The notes below the pieces were generated by a model, which did no database searches, was not told where the DNA came from, and was given only the letters and a program-made list of their open reading frames with translations. From NCBI RefSeq assembly GCF_001194135.2, contig NC_068989.1:83778519-83812582 (forward strand): DNA of 34,064 nucleotides, written 5' to 3'. This DNA comes from Octopus bimaculoides. Taxonomy: Eukaryota. Shown here piece after piece: positions 29,960-34,064 of the stretch (its first letter is position 1; each line of letters starts with the position of its first letter). The translations under genes were made by a program, and so were the position numbers.

Positions 29960-32925
29960 CTGTTTCCTAGTCGGCATGTTATGGCTTCTCGCTTCAGTCA
30001 CATATAGAAGCTGGTTTTGTCGACTGCCTCCCGTATCCTCCTTATTACTTTTCTCAGCTCTGAGCTCGAAAATGCAAACCTTTTAAATAACGTCGTCATT
30101 TTCCTTTCAATAAAGCCTCTATCCCCCACTGCCAGGTTGTAATACTCGACAGTCTACTCCTGTACTCCGCACTCTTCGATTAATCTCTCATACCTCTTCT
30201 CCTTCCGTTGCTCTGCATTAGTGATGTTCTCTTCCCATGGCACTGTCAGCTCTAGCAAAATTTTCCGTTCTGTGTCCCATAGGATTAAGTCCGGTCTTTT
30301 TGTTGCTTTTATGAGTGGAAATATTAACAGTCTTTCCAAATCCGTGGCCATCTCCCAGTATCCCTTCCATCTTTCGTCTGTCTCGTATATTTTATTTGAA
30401 GGCCTGGCCTTATGTCCTTTTCCCTCCTCCTGGAAGTATATCTTTCCGCGCTTTACCACTTTTGGGTATTCTCCCCTATTATATCCCTCGATCTTCTCCT
30501 TGAGTGCTGCGCTTATGACGCCGAAGACTTGATTGTGACGCCATGTATATCTGTCTAGTGCAAGCCTGCAGTTTGACAACATGTCTCACCGTCGCTTTCT
30601 CTCATCTACATTCGTCAGTTGTTTGTATGTTCCACCGGACTAAATTCACCGGTGAATGTAAAACGTCGAAGGTAGACTTGATAAGGAAGGATGTCCTTGC
30701 TTGTTCCCAAGCCCAAAGTTCCTTCCATGAGATTCTGCGACTGACCACATATTCCTCCCATCTCAAGCACTGTCCCTGCTGACTACATTGCACCAAATGT
30801 ACATTTCCCCTTTATTCTTCTTCCTTTCTCATTTCACGTACCACTGCTTCTTTCATCTCTTTTACGCAGCTCATGCAAAATGGCCTGAAATTGTGCAACC
30901 TTAGACCGGCTCTTGCTTCTTGCGTCGCTCCGACTATATCGGCATTCCTTAGATTTCCGATCGCACTGTTTACTGCCTCTTCCGCAGTCCATTTCCTCCC
31001 TGTTCGTACTTTTGGAGGGTTTTCTCGGATGCTTTGATCTTTCGAATACCTTAGCATCATTACTGTTCTTCCCTTTCCTACCTTATATTCTTCAGCGATG
31101 GATGTTATCGGTAGTTGCAGCACGGGTTTTCCATATAGTGCAGTTGTATTCAGTGGTTTCGGCAGACCAAGCCATTTTCTGATAAACACACTGCCTCTTT
31201 GTTCTATCCTTTCTACTCTACTCGAGGTTATTTCGTATATTTGCAATGGCCACATTATCCTTGGGTACAGTCCAAATTGCAGTATCCAACATTTGAATTT
31301 CCCCGTTAATGTTGATCTGTCAATTGCCTTTAGTCCTTGTTCCATTAAATCGTTTGTTTCTTTTCTTTGCTTATCACTTAGTAAATCTCTGTACCATCTG
31401 CCTAGACTCTTTACTGGTTGTTCTTTCACCATTGGTATATCTTCACCTCCTATCCTGAATTTCACTTTTCCCGAAAGCCACGCTTCGAGATTTTTTGACT
31501 TTGAATTTCATTCTCGCCCATTCTATTAGCTCGTCCAACCTCTCTAACGTTCCATCTGCTCCTTCTCTACTCTCTGATAATACAGTAACGTCGTCCATAA
31601 AAGCACTTAATGGTGTCTTTGTAACAGATTTCTCACAGTTTGTTGATCTTAGTAACATCTCCATGACTAGCACAAATAAGATGACTGATATCGTGCATCC
31701 AGCTACAATTCCTACTTCTAGGCGTCGCCACTCCGTTGTGAACTTTCCTGCTGTAAATCTCATCCTCAATTTATCGTAGTAGCACATGAGCATTCGTTGA
31801 ACATCTTCTGGAATCCAAAAGAAGTCAATAGCTGCTTGAATTAGTGCGTGTAGAACAGATCCATATGCATTGGCAAGACCTAGCCAATACAATGTACAGA
31901 TTTTTCTTCAGTTGTTTTGCACAGTTGATAGCTTCCCAGATGGCAAAAGCATGTTCTATGCACCCAGGGATTCCAGGGATCCCTGGCTTTTAGATTGCTT
32001 TATTAACATATACGTTATGCTGTACGAATCTTATGATTCACCTAGCAATGATTCCAAACATGATTTTCCCATCGATATTTAATAGTGAAATGGGTCTGAA
32101 TTGCCCTTGTGTTTTTGCCTCCTATTTAGATAAATAGATACCTTCATCTGTACACCATTGCCCTGCTACGTCTTTCTTCTTCCACATTTCCCTTATCAGT
32201 GCAAACAGCTGCAAACGTAATTTCGGGCAACATTTATATACTTTGTTACTAACTCCGTCGTTCCCTGGTGAACTTTTTGCTCTTGCTTTTGTAATGAACT
32301 CATCCATTTCTTTCAGTTTGATGTCACTCGAATCGAATGGTACCCTTGGTTCGGGTGGTTTCTTCATCTCGAGCATTTCTGGGACTACTTTATTTCTATC
32401 AGCATCGCTGTATGTCCCTTTAAGATGGTGTTCATGCTCTTCTTTAGTGGAATCTAATCTTCCCTTCTTACTTTCAGTAAACAAATGTTTCGCATATTGG
32501 TATGGGTTGTTTACAAAACTGCGATAGTTCTTTTCTCTCTCCTTTCTTCTGTTCTTCCTTCTTGCTTTTCTTAGTTGTTCTCGATGCCTCTTTTTTATCT
32601 CTTCATATACTTACTTTAACCCTTTTCTTTCCTCCATCTGGTTCTGAGTTTTTACTTCTCTTCTCGTATCTTTGCGATCCGTCTTTCTCTCTTCGATGGT
32701 CCGCTCTTTGCCGTTGATTCTCCATTCCCTGTTATTTCAAATCAAATCTCTTCTCTCCTTCCTGCTAGATTATATTAGCAAAGTTCTCAAGCTTTTGTTC
32801 GTCGTCCCCTTTGAATTTGGTAGTCAATCTTGCTACCTCGTCTTCGAATTTCTTATAGCTCGCTGCATCATTTCCCTTTGGCCACTTAAACTTTGGCTTC
32901 TTCAAGCCTACCTCTTTTCGTGGCT
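29960..32925 (-). mobile_element. HERO-like RLE non-LTR retrotransposon, 5'-truncated, ORF disrupted
   Basis: KFKWPKGND N-terminal region; KARAKSSPGNDGV..KVYKCCPKL; QFRPISLLN; LANAYGSV; RT AFMDD; PVKSLGRWY; KWLGLP; zinc-knuckle remnant ECR*EKATVRH..SNC; RYTWRHNQV; RLE motifs KRPDL...LELTVPWEEN...KEKRYE. Multiple stops and frameshifts. Confidence 0.88.
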
Positions 32926-32989
32926 GTTCCTAACACAATCCATATCACACAGTGACGTATGATTTCAGCCGTATTCATGTTGCTCAGTA

Positions 32990-33225
32990 TAATACTTAGC
33001 ACTTTTTATTAATTAAACATCCAATATATATTATTAAATGCGTGTACTTCTGTGACTTATTTCATAGATTTTGCCTCTGTGGTGTATATGAATATAACCA
33101 TGCAAACTTAGAATTAACTTCGTAAATTCCGCTGACGAAGGTGGGTCGAAGATTTATACAAACATCTGATTGCCATAAACACGATATGTCCGAGGTTAAA
33201 ATGCATTTTCTATAGAAATATTTAT
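32990..33225 (+). mobile_element. Probable Penelope-like pseudo-LTR remnant with a decayed hammerhead
   Basis: CCG CTGACGA AGGT...long stem II...TGCC A TAAA CA CGATA TG TC CG (33129-33192), with GAAA decayed to TAAA. Enclosed by TAACCATG (about 33095) and CGAGGTTA (33191-33198). Confidence 0.45.
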
Positions 33226-33329
33226 TTCAAATACGTAGCTTCGTTACGTTTTCAAGTGCTTCTTCGAATTACCCGCGCATATATATCATTTTATGTATGG
33301 CTGTATGTAGTGTCTCTAAGTAATTACGT

Positions 33330-33651
33330 CTGTGCACGCATTATATATCTATATATGTATGTATGTATATACGTATGTAGGGAGAGAGAGAGAGAAAGAT
33401 ATATATATATAGATATATATATATATATATATATATATACACGCATACACACACACACACATATACACACGTATATATTTGAATACACGAATACACGTAC
33501 ATTATTTATATAATGCATGTGTATGTGTGTACATTTATGATTTCATATATACATTTATATAAGCTATATCATACACACAGAGGCATATATACAAACATAA
33601 ATGCACACATACTTACTTACATATATACGTGTATATATATATATATACACA

Positions 33652-33733
<82 letters not shown>

Positions 33734-34064
33734 ATATATCCTATATATCATATATATAATATGGTTGACTTGCAGCAGTTGTCACGTGCACGCCAAATAC
33801 GAGTCATTGCAGACGATGCCCAATTAACTGCAAATTTGAAATTCCCATATATGTACACATCTGATTGTTACATACACTTACACATATACACACACATAGA
33901 CACACACACACACACACACATTACACATACACATACGCATGCATATACATACATACACACGTACATGCATAGGTACATGCACCCATACATACGCAGAACA
34001 GTCGCACAGACACTCACATACACATATACACATGTACATTATATATATATATATATATATATAT
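33330..34064. repeat. (TA)n/(CA)n microsatellite-rich terminal region
   Basis: Directly visible. Confidence 0.9.

Noticed and set aside
1-34064. CRISPR arrays, rRNA genes or prokaryotic operons
   Set aside because: No repeat-spacer structure or rRNA signature; the sequence is a eukaryotic repeat landscape.

Overview
Eukaryotic, gene-free, repeat-saturated DNA with 11 N-gaps (about 5.3 kb). The SINE families and microsatellite load look like an octopod cephalopod; this is an inference from recalled repeat sequences and needs a BLAST check. No host protein-coding exon could be supported, and almost all ORF-track entries are microsatellite or N artefacts. The interpretable content is a dense mobile-element landscape: four tRNA-headed SINE families (here A-D), decayed LINEs of several clades (R4-like RLE, HERO-like RLE of about 3 kb, RTE, two CR1/L2-group pieces), a 1.94-kb pogo/Tc2-type DD35D transposon with TIRs and TA TSD, a Tc2-type MITE, and a hAT MITE with a perfect 8-bp TSD. 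The most notable signal is a cluster of type I hammerhead-ribozyme folds, probably of Penelope-like (PLE) origin. Two lie at the inner ends of a ~200-bp-arm inverted repeat (25980-26593), and the plus-strand one is a near-canonical GUC hammerhead on a 20-bp extended stem I. A minimal GAAACGUC hammerhead lies at 27012-27048 and a decayed one at about 33130-33198.
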